Source: a virus. Taken from it: DNA of 64,000 nucleotides. The stretch covers positions 6,113-70,112 of IMG/VR virus record IMGVR_UViG_3300049138_000182; one strand, written 5' to 3'. The notes under the pieces are model-generated. The model was not told where the DNA came from. It ran no database searches and saw nothing but the letters and a program-made list of their open reading frames with translations. This document shows, piece after piece, positions 45,233-55,549 of the stretch. Positions within the stretch are counted from its first letter, which is position 1; each line of letters begins with the position of its first letter. The translations under genes were made by a program, and so were the position numbers.

Positions 45233-46390
45233 ATGCCTAACTTTCTTGCCCCGATTCAGACCAACAAGATTCCGGTCAAGGGCCTGGTGCCCGAGTCCAG
45301 TGGTACCGCTCCGACGAGTCCGGCCACTGGGCAGATGTGGACTGACACCTCGCTGAGCCCGCCTGTCGTGAAGGTGTGGAACGGCACGGCGTGGATCCGT
45401 ACCAATGGCGCGGACATGCCGGATGGCACGGTGACGAACGCCAAGGTCTCGGCCTCGGCGGCGATTGCTCTGTCGAAGCTTGCCCTCAACCCCGTGGACC
45501 GGGCCAATCACACCGGGTCGCAGACGGCGTCGACGATCTCGGATCTGGCCACGGCTGTGCGGACGAACCGGCTGGATCAGATGGCCGTGCCGACTGCGGC
45601 GGTGGATCTCGGCGGGCAGCGTGCCATCAATGCGGGTGATCCGACCAACGCGCAGGACCTGGTCACGAAGCTCCATATGGAGAACTGGATCCAGAACAGG
45701 ATCAACAACCAGGACTGGAAGGCGTCGGTCCGAGCCGCCACCATCGCCAATATCAGCTTGTCCGGTACGCAGACCGTCGATGGTGTGGCGCTGGTCGCTG
45801 GTGATCGCGTGTTGGTGAAGGCGCAGACGTCTGGCGCTCAGAACGGCATCTATGTGGTGGCGGTCGGCTCCTGGGGGCGGGCGGCTGATGCGTCCGATTC
45901 CTTCGAGGTGACTTCGGGCATGACCGTGCCCGTCGAGGCCGGCTCTACGCTGGCGGGCACGATTTGGCTGCTCACCACCGCGAATCCGCTTGTGCTGGAT
46001 ACGACCGTTTTGGCGTTCTCTCAGATCGGTGCGGCCGGCGCGACCTACACCGCGGGTGCTGGTCTGGATCTGACGGGTAACGAGTTCTCGTTGGACATCC
46101 CGGTCGGTGTCTCTCATGGCGGTACGGGTGCGACCACTTTGTCCGGTGCGCGCTCGGCGCTGGGTATCAGCCAGCTCTACGCCGCGAACTTGCCGGCTCT
46201 GACGGCGGGTGTGGCGGCTACGGTGACCCACAACCTCGGCACCTTGGACGTGCGGGTGACTTTCTGGGATGTGGCCACGGGGGCTGACGTCGTCCTGGAC
46301 GTGGTGGCGCGGCCGACTGTCAACACGATTCAGGTGCGCTCGGATGTGCCGCTGGCCGCTGATGCTGTTCGTATTCAGGTGGTCGGCTGA
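45233..46390 (+). CDS. tail fibre or head decoration protein
   Basis: DRANHTGSQTASTISD, DWKASVRAAT..NISLSGTQTVDGV...GDRVLVK.Q...QNGIY, VTHNLGT. Confidence 0.75.
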   Translation: MPNFLAPIQTNKIPVKGLVPESSGTAPTSPATGQMWTDTSLSPPVVKVWNGTAWIRTNGADMPDGTVTNAKVSASAAIALSKLALNPVDRANHTGSQTASTISDLATAVRTNRLDQMAVPTAAVDLGGQRAINAGDPTNAQDLVTKLHMENWIQNRINNQDWKASVRAATIANISLSGTQTVDGVALVAGDRVLVKAQTSGAQNGIYVVAVGSWGRAADASDSFEVTSGMTVPVEAGSTLAGTIWLLTTANPLVLDTTVLAFSQIGAAGATYTAGAGLDLTGNEFSLDIPVGVSHGGTGATTLSGARSALGISQLYAANLPALTAGVAATVTHNLGTLDVRVTFWDVATGADVVLDVVARPTVNTIQVRSDVPLAADAVRIQVVG

Positions 46391-46935
46391 TGCCGGTGTT
46401 CGCCAGTGATCTCGACGCTTTGGCCGGTGCGCGTTTTCGCGGTGGTCTGACGCTCGATGAGGTGGCTGATCCGGAGACTCCTGCCGCTGACCAGGTGATC
46501 TTGTATCAGGTGGATGGCCGTGTCCATTCGAAGGATTCGGCCGACGTCGAGACGTCGTATGCGTCGGTGGCCGAGCTGGCGGCTCGTTCGGTGATCGTGG
46601 CTGCGTTCACGCACTCGGGTGAGTTGGCCGTTGGCGCGGGCACCTACACCTATTACAACGACACCGGCAGGACGCTCCAGATCGTGAGCGTGCGCGCGAG
46701 CGTGGGTGTAGCTCCTACCGGAGCGGCGGTGATCGTAGACGTCCATCTCAACGGCACGACGATCTACACCACGCAGGCGAATCGGCCGACGATCGCGGTG
46801 TCTACGAAGACCGTGAAGTCCACCAATCCGAATGTCACCGCATGGCCTGACGGTCAGGCGGTGACGGTGGACATCGACCAGATCGGCTCGACCATCAAAG
46901 GCGCGGGCCTCGTTGTGCAGATTACGGCGCGCTGA
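46390..46935 (+). CDS. virion structural protein
   Basis: TIVSVRASV..APTG...VDV..NGTTI...VDIDQIGST pattern. Confidence 0.65.
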   Translation: MPVFASDLDALAGARFRGGLTLDEVADPETPAADQVILYQVDGRVHSKDSADVETSYASVAELAARSVIVAAFTHSGELAVGAGTYTYYNDTGRTLQIVSVRASVGVAPTGAAVIVDVHLNGTTIYTTQANRPTIAVSTKTVKSTNPNVTAWPDGQAVTVDIDQIGSTIKGAGLVVQITAR

Positions 46936-47786
46936 TGGCGACGCTTGTAGAGGATTTCGAGGATACGACCTATATCACGCCGATCTCCGGTGCATGGACG
47001 CGTGTGTCCGCTGAAGCACACGGCGGCACATGGTCGATGCAGTGTGATACGCCCGAGCCTCTTAGTGCGATTTCTCATACCGTGACCATCCCTGCGGGTG
47101 CCACGAGCGTACGGCTGTGGTCTTATGGCGCTTCCGAGGATACGGATAATACATTTGCGGTCAGTATCGACGGTGTCGATGAATACACATCATTCGCAAA
47201 AAACTTCTGGGAGCAAACGCCGGAGCTCTCTCTGGTAGGTGCTTCAACGCTTGAAATTATGGTCGGCAGCGGTTTCGCTGATTTGATCTATTATGTTGAT
47301 GACATCGTCTTCACGACGGATAGCGGAGACCCTCCACCGACAGGTCCGACTACAACAATCGTTGAGGACTTCGAGGACACCACCTACAACATTCCTTGGA
47401 CTGGACCATGGGTACGGCATAACTCATCCGTTCATGGTGGCTCGTGGGCGCTCCGTAGCCCCACGTCACCCGCTAACGGAGCCACGTACACCGCCACCGT
47501 AACTGTGCCGCCCGGCGCACTGCAGGTCCAATTTTGGTATCGGGTGTCCAGCGAGTCCGGCTGGGATTTCTTCCGGTTCAACACTGGCGCCACTCAACGT
47601 ATTAATGAGTCCGGTCTAGGCTCGTGGCAGCAGAGCGCCGTCTACGACGTGTCGAGCGTATCCACGATTTCCTTTATCTACACGAAAGACAGCGGTGGTG
47701 CTAGCGGCTCTGACGCCGCTTGGGTTGATGACATAGTCTTCACCGTTCCTGGCGGTTTCATCGGCTGGGGAATCCCGATCTACTAG
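46935..47786 (+). CDS. protein with two tandem jelly-roll (carbohydrate-binding-like) domains; candidate receptor-binding protein
   Basis: Internal duplication VEDFEDTTY..P..G.W.R....HGG.W...DDIVFT twice. Confidence 0.65.
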   Translation: MATLVEDFEDTTYITPISGAWTRVSAEAHGGTWSMQCDTPEPLSAISHTVTIPAGATSVRLWSYGASEDTDNTFAVSIDGVDEYTSFAKNFWEQTPELSLVGASTLEIMVGSGFADLIYYVDDIVFTTDSGDPPPTGPTTTIVEDFEDTTYNIPWTGPWVRHNSSVHGGSWALRSPTSPANGATYTATVTVPPGALQVQFWYRVSSESGWDFFRFNTGATQRINESGLGSWQQSAVYDVSSVSTISFIYTKDSGGASGSDAAWVDDIVFTVPGGFIGWGIPIY

Positions 47787-47853
47787 CCGATGAAGCGCTG
47801 TCAATATGCGGAAGCGGGGGCAGCCGAGGTCGGTGTCTGGTATACACGGTGCC

Positions 47854-48267
47854 ATGTCCTCCAACTTAAAGCGCCGCCAGGGCGTCATCTTGGCGGCTTG
47901 TCTCGGGCTGGTGGCCGTCGCCGCCACTGCCGCGGTGTTATTGGTGGCCGCTGCCCGATCGGGTACGCCGGCTTACGACAGTGTCGAGCGGATGGCGGAG
48001 GCTTTGAAGGGGACGCCGGCTGAGTGCAAATCTCTGGAGCAGGCGCAGATCGAGGAGCTCGGCCTGGCCGATCAGAGGTATCGGTGCGCGATGGCGTCCG
48101 GGTCCTTGGTGCTGGGCAAGTATCAGTTGCCTGAGCATCGGCAGGAGGAGTTGGCGGGGTTGGGGCGGCCGGTGGTTTACGGTCCCAACTGGGCCGTGGT
48201 CGTCGAGGGCGATGCGTCTGTCGTCGCTGTTGTGGCCAAGGCCTTGCGTGGTGTCGTGACCGAGTAG
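47854..48267 (+). CDS. membrane-anchored or secreted protein
   Basis: Basic N-terminus plus hydrophobic helix; GPNWAV. Confidence 0.6.
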   Translation: MSSNLKRRQGVILAACLGLVAVAATAAVLLVAAARSGTPAYDSVERMAEALKGTPAECKSLEQAQIEELGLADQRYRCAMASGSLVLGKYQLPEHRQEELAGLGRPVVYGPNWAVVVEGDASVVAVVAKALRGVVTE

Positions 48268-48281
48268 GTCCCGTACATGCG

Positions 48282-48317
48282 AAAGCCCCGCTGCCGTTGA
48301 TCGGTAGCGGGGCTTTG
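48282..48317. terminator. bidirectional terminator
   Basis: AAAGCCCCGCTGCCG...CGGTAGCGGGGCTTT. Confidence 0.7.
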
Positions 48318-48324
48318 TTGCGGG

Positions 48325-49362
48325 TCAGGCTGCGGCTTGGAGATATTCGGCGGGGACGTTGGATGAGGGTGTGGGGACGAGTCCGTTGATGCTGTAGCTG
48401 GGCTTGGCGATGGGTTTCCCTTCTACGGCGTGGTTCCACATCTGGATGAGTAGCCGGAGGTGCAGGGGCCCTCCGGCGATGCGGATTGATGACCTGGTGA
48501 TCTTGATGTCACCGCGTCGCTGCCTGAGAGCCCAGTCACGCAGGGTGAAGGCCGGGTGGTCGGTGTAGCCGGTGCCTTGGCCGGTGCGCAGGATCTCGTA
48601 GAAGTCGTGAACCGCTTGTGGGTGCTGGCATGCCTCGGTGATCAGGTATCGGGCGGCGATGAGGGCACCGGGCGAGAGCTTGGAGAGGTTGGCCACGGCC
48701 CCGGTGTGGTCCAGGTCGTTGAGCAGTCGGGGGTGTTCGTCGATCACCTCGATGACTCGGGTGTTGGAGATGTTGACGCGGGCCCACTTGTTGGGGATGT
48801 AGGGGATCTGCTGTTCGCCGGCGTCCTGGGTGTGGCCGGGGCGCGTGGCGAAGTAGCAGTAGAGCAGCTTGGCGGCGTGTCCCACACGACCGGAGTGCTG
48901 GATGCCGTGGATGGCCAGTACGTCCGCCGTGTTGCGTGATTTGCCGGAGTCGATAACGGGGAAGGTTTGCGGGTCGGCGTTGTAGCAGATGCGCATGAGG
49001 ATCGGCTGCTGGTCCGGGTTACGGCGGTAGGCCTCCAGGACCGCGAGGAAGCGGTGCTTGCCGTCGACGCATTCACCGCGGGGCCCGATCGCGATGTCCT
49101 CGTGGGTGAGCAACCACTTGCGGTCGATCATGTCGCTGGCGAAGCGCTTGACCAGCGCCGCCGAGGTCGGTCGCAGGTTGATCGGGTCCTTGGTGGGGGT
49201 GCCGTCGGCTGCGATGATTCCGGACCGTTGCAGGGCGTGCATGGCGAACTGCTTGTCGACCCAGGTGGCGACGGAGTACATGTCCGTCGGCACTGTGGGC
49301 GGTGCTGCCGGGGATGTGGGGAGGAAGTATGGAGCTTCGGAGAAGGTGGGGCCCAGAGCCAA
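48325..49362 (-). CDS. ParB-like N-terminal domain protein
   Basis: NLRP.S...V.RFASDM...W....IAI.....VDGKHRFLAV...F.VIDSG..R..ADVL. Confidence 0.7.
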   Translation of the reverse strand: MALGPTFSEAPYFLPTSPAAPPTVPTDMYSVATWVDKQFAMHALQRSGIIAADGTPTKDPINLRPTSAALVKRFASDMIDRKWLLTHEDIAIGPRGECVDGKHRFLAVLEAYRRNPDQQPILMRICYNADPQTFPVIDSGKSRNTADVLAIHGIQHSGRVGHAAKLLYCYFATRPGHTQDAGEQQIPYIPNKWARVNISNTRVIEVIDEHPRLLNDLDHTGAVANLSKLSPGALIAARYLITEACQHPQAVHDFYEILRTGQGTGYTDHPAFTLRDWALRQRRGDIKITRSSIRIAGGPLHLRLLIQMWNHAVEGKPIAKPSYSINGLVPTPSSNVPAEYLQAAA

Positions 49363-50031
49363 GGTGGCCTCTTTCCTATGGTCACGGGTACGGGCCGGGA
49401 GCGCGGCGCATCTGCGTCTCCGTCACCCGGCAGCGGTTGCCGGTGAACATACCAAGTTTTGGACAGTTTTGGTAGTGACCAAAACTTGGCCAAAACTGTC
49501 GGCTACTGAGCGTGCGGATGATCTTGGTCAGGTTAGTGTAGGCTTAGTCCATCAAGCGAATTGCGTGCGGTGATGTCCGTCGGCCCTGGTCGTCGGTAGC
49601 GTCCTGAGCGCCTTCTCTTGTGTGGGAGAGGCCCCGCTGGTGTCGCGTTTGGCGACGCCGGCGGGGCCTCGTGCTATCACCCCACCTACCTGCGAAAACA
49701 GGTGACAGCGTTGGGGTGATCGTCTCGTCCCGCCGATCTGGCGATCCGAACAAATCGGATGATTCGCCCCACTCGGCACCGATCGCGGGGCTAGGCTGGG
49801 TGAGCACCTGGACTGGGTGCATGCTCACGACCGCGTGTCGTGCGTCATGCACGGTCAGTGTCCTCGGGGGCGGTGGCAGAGGCATAGTTTTGCGTTCATA
49901 GGCTGTTGCGGCCAGTGTGATCCGAAGGTGGTTCGGCTTTTGACCACCTTTTGACACCGGCAGATGTGGTACATCATCATGGCGATGTCGCGATTATCTA
50001 AGTTACGCAATCCCAAGGTGTGTGATCACGC

Positions 50032-50499
50032 ATGCCCGCACCAGACGAGCAGATGTCCACCTTCAACCCCAAGATGATTACCTGCCACATCGATGTAGGC
50101 AGCTATCAGGCGCGCTTCGCCATCTCCGACGAGGCCGCTAGCAGCTTCAATAATGATCTTCTAAAAATTCTCGCCAAGTACGGCGAGTTCATCGAGTGGA
50201 GCGGTGGCGTCGGACGTGACTCGCCCCCGCCTCCTCGCAAGAGACGTTCCAGGTCAAAGGGCCCGCATGTGCGAGCCCGTGAACAACTACTCGAACTCAA
50301 GAAAGCAGGGTCAATCCCGCCCGAGATAGACGAGTTGATCTCGTGGACCCGAAACGACGCCGGCCAACTTTCGATGCCGTCGCGCGGGCCCATGGACGCT
50401 AGGACGCGTGAAGCTTACTGGCTCCTGGTCGACCGGAAGATCATCACTAATCCGATCCCCCGACCGGTGCGAAAATCACGAGGCAACGCCGCCACGTGA
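50032..50499 (+). CDS. hypothetical protein (Lsr2-like tail possible)
   Basis: W.R......PSRG......REAY near the C-terminus. Confidence 0.5.
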   Translation: MPAPDEQMSTFNPKMITCHIDVGSYQARFAISDEAASSFNNDLLKILAKYGEFIEWSGGVGRDSPPPPRKRRSRSKGPHVRAREQLLELKKAGSIPPEIDELISWTRNDAGQLSMPSRGPMDARTREAYWLLVDRKIITNPIPRPVRKSRGNAAT

Positions 50500-50512
50500 C
50501 CGGTGCCTGGGT

Positions 50513-51010
50513 ATGAAAGTTTCAGAGTTGGCTAAAGTTTCCTCTGTGGCAGGTAAAAACTCCAGCGCAGCGAAGCGCATGAAGTACCACCCGTGGAACT
50601 CGTTGGCCGAATTTTTTACGTTCTACCAGGTCAAGATCGCGGCTGAAGATCCAGCGACGCTGGATCTCGGCAGGCACTTGATCGAGGAAGAGACGGCAGA
50701 GCGGTCCGAGGCCGTCGAGCTCCTCGATCGGCTCCCCCCAGGCAATGACGCCTGGCACGAGGCCCGAGCCGAGTACGCCGCCGAGACCGCGGATCTGATC
50801 TACGTCTTGTCCTTCGACGCTTACGCCCGCGGCATCGACCTCGGTCCGTTCCTCGACGCTATCCACGAGGCCAACCTTGCCAAGGTGTGGAATGACGGAC
50901 TCGTTCACCGAAGCCCCACGGGCAAGGTGCTCAAGCCGCCGACGTGGGTCAAGCCAGATTTTCGGGCCGTCCTGGATGAACAACAGACAGCCGGCGACCT
51001 GACGGGGTAG
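50513..51010 (+). CDS. MazG-like NTP pyrophosphohydrolase
   Basis: LIEEETAE...ETADLIYV...IHEANLAK...GKVLKPPTW. Confidence 0.85.
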   Translation: MKVSELAKVSSVAGKNSSAAKRMKYHPWNSLAEFFTFYQVKIAAEDPATLDLGRHLIEEETAERSEAVELLDRLPPGNDAWHEARAEYAAETADLIYVLSFDAYARGIDLGPFLDAIHEANLAKVWNDGLVHRSPTGKVLKPPTWVKPDFRAVLDEQQTAGDLTG

Positions 51011-51134
51011 CATCCGTCACAGATGCTCCCGCCTGCTTCGTAGGCCTGACGGGGGCACCTGCTCAGCGTTCAGGTAGACGTGCGGCTAGTTAGGCCGTGC
51101 ACCTCGGTGAACCATCCGGTTTAGCTAGCCGGCG

Positions 51135-51168
51135 AAAGACCCCGCCAGAGTCCTTGAGCGGGGTCTTT
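51135..51168 (+). terminator. intrinsic terminator
   Basis: AAAGACCCCGC...GCGGGGTCTTT. Confidence 0.65.
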
Positions 51169-51242
51169 CCGTTTTCCCGTTGATAAACGCACCGCGGCTT
51201 TCACTACCGTGGAATGACGAACTCTAGTGAAATGGTGGTCCG

Positions 51243-51557
51243 GTGCCTCTCCACGCGCTTGCTCCCACGATGGGAGCCGAGCTGCTCACCGACCCTTTGA
51301 TTTTTGGGCCTGCTATCGGTCTTGTGCTGATGTTGCTGATTTTGGCGATCAGGGCCTTTGTACGCGAGGATATCGTTCCCGGTAAGCATGCACAGCGGCT
51401 GCAGGCGGAGAACGCGCGGCTGACTCAACTCGTTGAGGTTCTCATTCCCTTGACTGAGCGCATGACTTCGGCGGTTGAGAAGAACACCGAAACCTTGAAC
51501 GATGTCCTGGACATAATTGATGACTCAAGACATCGCGCAAGGAATCGGCGATCATGA
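51243..51557 (+). CDS. single-TM membrane protein with coiled coil
   Basis: PLIFGPAIGLVLMLLILAI helix. Confidence 0.6.
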   Translation: MPLHALAPTMGAELLTDPLIFGPAIGLVLMLLILAIRAFVREDIVPGKHAQRLQAENARLTQLVEVLIPLTERMTSAVEKNTETLNDVLDIIDDSRHRARNRRS

Positions 51558-51894
51558 AGCAAATGGAACTCGACGCCTATCTAGCGCGCATCCGGGTTAC
51601 TATGGCCCAGATGAGCGCTGCAATCCATGAAACCCACCAGACGTCCACCAGAGCTAAAGAGATCGCGGATGAGTCGTCGTCTTTGACGGTGCGGATAGTG
51701 TCTCGATGACGCACATCGATATCTGCAGGTTCATCGACGGGGTCCATCACCCTGGCATCTTCTGCACGCATGAGTGTGAAGAGGACGAGACCGGGCTCGT
51801 GTATCCGGTCGGCTGGACTGTGCAGCAAGAAAACCAGGCATAGCGGCCATAATGGAATTGACCTTTATCGAAATCTGAAGGGGCAATTTCAACA

Positions 51895-52356
51895 ATGGCT
51901 TCCCCAATCACCGCCGATGAGACCGACGCCAATATCGATTGGGTGGCCTCTCGCCCCGGCGCCGGCTGTCCTTCGCCTTTCCGTCAGGATGTCGGCAACC
52001 CGATCGACGACGGCGTCATGCCCAGTACCTCCGTCCAGACGACCGCGGGTATCGACCCGATCGCCTGGAAGCGGCTTATCGTGCAGGCGTTGGAGTTCAC
52101 TTCGGCTACTCCCCCGGCCGGCACCCAGAGCGCCGCCTACACCCACACTTTCACCGCTCAGGGCGGTGCGACCCCGTACGTCTGGTCGGTCAGTGTCGGT
52201 ACCTTGCCGGCCGGTCTCACCTTGAACGCCAAGACCGGCGTCCTGGCTGGTACGCCTACGGCGGCTGCTACCACGAATTTCACCGTCAAGGTGACCGACT
52301 ACCGGGGCAGCCAGAGTGCTATCCGCGCCGTGACGCTCGTGGTCGCCGCTCCCTAA
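51895..52356 (+). CDS. Ig-like (He_PIG) domain virion protein
   Basis: AYTHTFTA.GG..PY.WSV..GTLPAGLTLN..TGVL.GTPT....NFTVKVTD. Confidence 0.8.
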   Translation: MASPITADETDANIDWVASRPGAGCPSPFRQDVGNPIDDGVMPSTSVQTTAGIDPIAWKRLIVQALEFTSATPPAGTQSAAYTHTFTAQGGATPYVWSVSVGTLPAGLTLNAKTGVLAGTPTAAATTNFTVKVTDYRGSQSAIRAVTLVVAAP

Positions 52357-52373
52357 GCAGCAAAGGACTTCTT

Positions 52374-52589
52374 ATGGCTCAGCCCATTACCGCTGATGAG
52401 GGCGACGCCAACGTCGCTTGGGACATTCAGACTGGCATCTCGATGCCGTCGCCCTACCCCAATGTCTATGCCAATGGGGTGGCCGTGGCCCAGATGCCGC
52501 CGGCCGCCCAGATGGCGCAGATCGGTGTCGACATCTCCACCACGCAGGAGATGCGGGACTACTACAGGTTCGTGCACTTCACCGATTGA
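52374..52589 (+). CDS. small protein paralogous to the N-terminus of the preceding gene
   Basis: MAQPITADEGDANVAW..PSPY versus MASPITADETDANIDW..PSPF. Confidence 0.65.
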   Translation: MAQPITADEGDANVAWDIQTGISMPSPYPNVYANGVAVAQMPPAAQMAQIGVDISTTQEMRDYYRFVHFTD

Positions 52590-52637
52590 CGCTTCTCCAC
52601 CCAGCCGCCCTACTCCCGGCTGGGTGGAGAAATCCCT

Positions 52638-53255
52638 TTGGAGCCCGATTTGGCCCGTCGCCGATCCACACCTAGGCGCTCGATCCCTAGAGTGCCCAAA
52701 ACCTCCGTCAATCGTGCCAACATGCCTGAGATCGAGCAGTCCACCGAGCGGACCAGTCCGCGTGATGATGTGCTCTTCGGTGGCGGACGCCAATCGTCTG
52801 GCCGGCCGTACGACGATGTGATGTTTGGTGGCCCGCCGTCAACTCCTGGCTATGACCCTCCGCGGCGTCAGTACCGGCGTCTCTACCCGCACTTGTCTCC
52901 TGGCCGGGATCAGGTCTTCTACCCGACCAAGGGTGACCAGCTCCGGCGTGAGATCAAGCGGTGGCGCTCGACGGGTGATGACAGCAATCTCGTCCCGCAC
53001 GATACCTATCCGGGTCAGACGAGTAATCCTGTCCGGCCCAGGACGCAGGCCATCGGGTATGACGAGGAGGCTCGGGAGCTGCGTATCAAATTCCGGGAGG
53101 GTTCGATTTACGTCTACTATGACGTGCCCCCGGATGTGTACGAGGAGTTGCTGTCGGTGGATTCGATCGGTCACTACATGAATGACCATCTGGTGCACTC
53201 GTACATGTATGACCAGGAGTCGTATAACCGGCCGGGGTCGTTCCGGCGCCGCTGA
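52638..53255 (+). CDS. KTSC domain protein
   Basis: AIGYDEEARELRIKFREGSIYVYYDVPPDVYEELLSVDSIGHYMN. Confidence 0.85.
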   Translation: MEPDLARRRSTPRRSIPRVPKTSVNRANMPEIEQSTERTSPRDDVLFGGGRQSSGRPYDDVMFGGPPSTPGYDPPRRQYRRLYPHLSPGRDQVFYPTKGDQLRREIKRWRSTGDDSNLVPHDTYPGQTSNPVRPRTQAIGYDEEARELRIKFREGSIYVYYDVPPDVYEELLSVDSIGHYMNDHLVHSYMYDQESYNRPGSFRRR

Positions 53256-53288
53256 TATATTCGCCTGCGCCGTGTATAGGCTGCGAGC

Positions 53289-53699
53289 GTGCCACAGATT
53301 CATGAAATCGGGCGCGCATATGTGCAGTTTTTGAAGCTGAACCCTGGTGCGCCGATTCTCCATACCGCGCCCACATACGAAACTGAGCCGCCCTATCGGG
53401 TCGGCGCGTCCCTGATCGTCCGGTGCTGGCCGGCCACTTTTGCGGTGGTCATGGGTCGGTGGACCGGTCGTGTCAATGTTCCGGAGCACGCCGAGTTACT
53501 GGCGCTGCGCTCAGTCCTGGTTCCGAGGTCGAGCGGTCCGCTGGACTGGTGCTCTACATGCGGGACCAACCTGGCGTGTGAATGCCTGCCGGAATACGAC
53601 GATGATCCGGGGCACTGCCCGCGCTGCTTACAGGCGTGGGACTGCTGCGTGTGCCTGGACGCTTTGAACGATACCTACGCTCGAACGGGATCCCGCTGA
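53289..53699 (+). CDS. hypothetical protein with Cys-rich C-terminus
   Basis: ETEPPYR; CSTC, CEC, CPRC, CCVC. Confidence 0.6.
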   Translation: MPQIHEIGRAYVQFLKLNPGAPILHTAPTYETEPPYRVGASLIVRCWPATFAVVMGRWTGRVNVPEHAELLALRSVLVPRSSGPLDWCSTCGTNLACECLPEYDDDPGHCPRCLQAWDCCVCLDALNDTYARTGSR

Positions 53700-53835
53700 T
53701 GGACGCTACTGATCACGACTACGATCCGCGAGAGATCATCCAGGAGATGGCGCGACAGCTCAGCCTCCGGCGCCCTGACGGCTCCCCAGCGGTCTACGCG
53801 TTCGACGGACGGTTCTACCTGAACGCAACGCATCT

Positions 53836-54105
53836 GTGGGGGCGCTCGTGAAGTGGCTCAGCCGGCGCAAGGTGTCCGCGGCTCAGCGCGACGACATTCG
53901 GGCCAAGGCGCACAAGCGGCTCGTCGGCGTGCCGGCCTCGGCGCTGATTCCGATGAGTGAGGGCCAGCTCGCCGCCGCCTGGCAGGCTTTCGACAGGTTC
54001 CAGGATCATCCTGAGCTCGTCACGCTGGCCGAGCTCGCCAAGACGGTGTCGGTGCTGCAGGGCACCGTGGACGCGCTGCAGGAGAAGTTCGAGGCCAAGC
54101 TGTGA
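53836..54105 (+). CDS. hypothetical protein
   Basis: Co-oriented ORF. Confidence 0.55.
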   Translation: MGALVKWLSRRKVSAAQRDDIRAKAHKRLVGVPASALIPMSEGQLAAAWQAFDRFQDHPELVTLAELAKTVSVLQGTVDALQEKFEAKL

Positions 54106-54175
54106 CTTAGGTGGAGTTAATCATCTGGTTCGGGGTGTTCGTGGCGAGGTGTGTGCTGGTGTCGTGAGTAGCGGC

Positions 54176-54367
54176 ATGGACGACAGTGAGTATCGGCAGT
54201 ACGACGTGGAGCAGGCGTGCGTGTTCCTGGGCTGCAAGAAGGAGTGGCTGTGGGACATGTGCCAGCAGCGCAAGATCACTCACTTGAAGAGAAACCGTCG
54301 CACCTTCTTCCTGCGCCGGCATCTGGTCGAGTACATCAAGAGTCTTGAGGTTCCGGCACAAAAATGA
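54176..54367 (+). CDS. excisionase-like HTH protein
   Basis: YDVEQACVFLG...LW......KI.HLK.NRR.FF....L.EYI; close to the integrase. Confidence 0.7.
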   Translation: MDDSEYRQYDVEQACVFLGCKKEWLWDMCQQRKITHLKRNRRTFFLRRHLVEYIKSLEVPAQK

Positions 54368-54413
54368 CGAGGCCCCCGATGAAGATCGGGGGCCTCGCCT
54401 GTTTGGGTCTTGG

Positions 54414-55301
54414 TTACGCCGCGCCCTGAGACGCGGCCACTCTGTCCAGGGCCTTGTTGCGGTGGTTCTGCCAGCTTCGGACGTCGTAGTGCACGTCCGG
54501 GAACATGCTCTCCAGCACGGGGCCGGTCAGTTCCTTCTTCACCTCGTCGACGCTCCTGCCGTCGGCGAGCTTCTCGACCACCATGCGGGCGATGGCGTCG
54601 ATCACGCGCTCGCGAGCCTGGCGCTTGGCCGACATCTTGGATTCCTTCTGCTCGGTGCTCTCACCGTCGTTCGGTTCCGGAAGGGGCTGAGCCGGAAGTT
54701 CCGGCGCGGGGTCAGGCTTCGGAAGGGGCTTGGGGGCCGGGTCTTCCGGAAGGGGAGCCGGCTTGTCGGAAGGGACTGGGTCGGAAAGCACGGGCGGTTC
54801 GGAAATTTCCGGCCGGTCGGAAGGCTTGGCTTCGGAAAGTTCGGTGCTTGTCGGAACGTGAGGGGCGGAAAGAACGCGGGCGGCCGACTCGATGGAGAGG
54901 AAGTCGAACATCGCCGGAAGGCTTCCGACCAGGAGGCTCGGGGTGACTCCCCAGTCGAGTTTTCCGTGTTCCAGTACGTAGGCCCAGATGTGCTCGCCGA
55001 GGTTCATGGCCTCGGCGATGCCGACGCTGATGAGTACGGAGTGGAAGGCCGCCTTGCGGTCGGGTGATGCCGGCGCGGAGGTGGCCCAGTTGACGGTGCA
55101 CTGGATCGAGTAGAGCCAGCTCGCGATCGGGATGATCCAGGTGAGGCCGGCCCAGTCGGGGATCCGGCCGGACAGGTGCATCTGGGTTGAGATGTTGACG
55201 ACGGCTGCGCCGCTGAGAATGAGCCCGCAGAAGATGATGTTGAAGTATCTCTTCCAGGGTGGCTGAGCAGGGAAGACAGCACTACTCTGGTGGGAGGACA
55301 T
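54414..55301 (-). CDS. 4-TM membrane protein with Pro-rich repeats (SpdB/DUF2637-like)
   Basis: Four hydrophobic segments, Pro-rich linker, C-terminal helical domain. Confidence 0.6.
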   Translation of the reverse strand: MSSHQSSAVFPAQPPWKRYFNIIFCGLILSGAAVVNISTQMHLSGRIPDWAGLTWIIPIASWLYSIQCTVNWATSAPASPDRKAAFHSVLISVGIAEAMNLGEHIWAYVLEHGKLDWGVTPSLLVGSLPAMFDFLSIESAARVLSAPHVPTSTELSEAKPSDRPEISEPPVLSDPVPSDKPAPLPEDPAPKPLPKPDPAPELPAQPLPEPNDGESTEQKESKMSAKRQARERVIDAIARMVVEKLADGRSVDEVKKELTGPVLESMFPDVHYDVRSWQNHRNKALDRVAASQGAA

Positions 55302-55549
55302 GGGAGTTACCGCTCCTGTGGTCCAAGAGACCCCGACCCGTGTTACCGCACGGTCGGGGTCTCGCTATGTGTGGGGATGTCCACCGATTGGACCACAGGT
55401 CGTGGGGGTCACGCAAAGGTAGGCCGCTGGCAAAAAATCTGCCCCGGCCTGGTCTCCATCACGCTCCACTGGGCTCCACCGCTGGTGGGGTGGGGTGGGC
55501 TGCCTATCGCAGCGCCTATCGGGAGCGATCTTGGAAATATGATTTTGTG

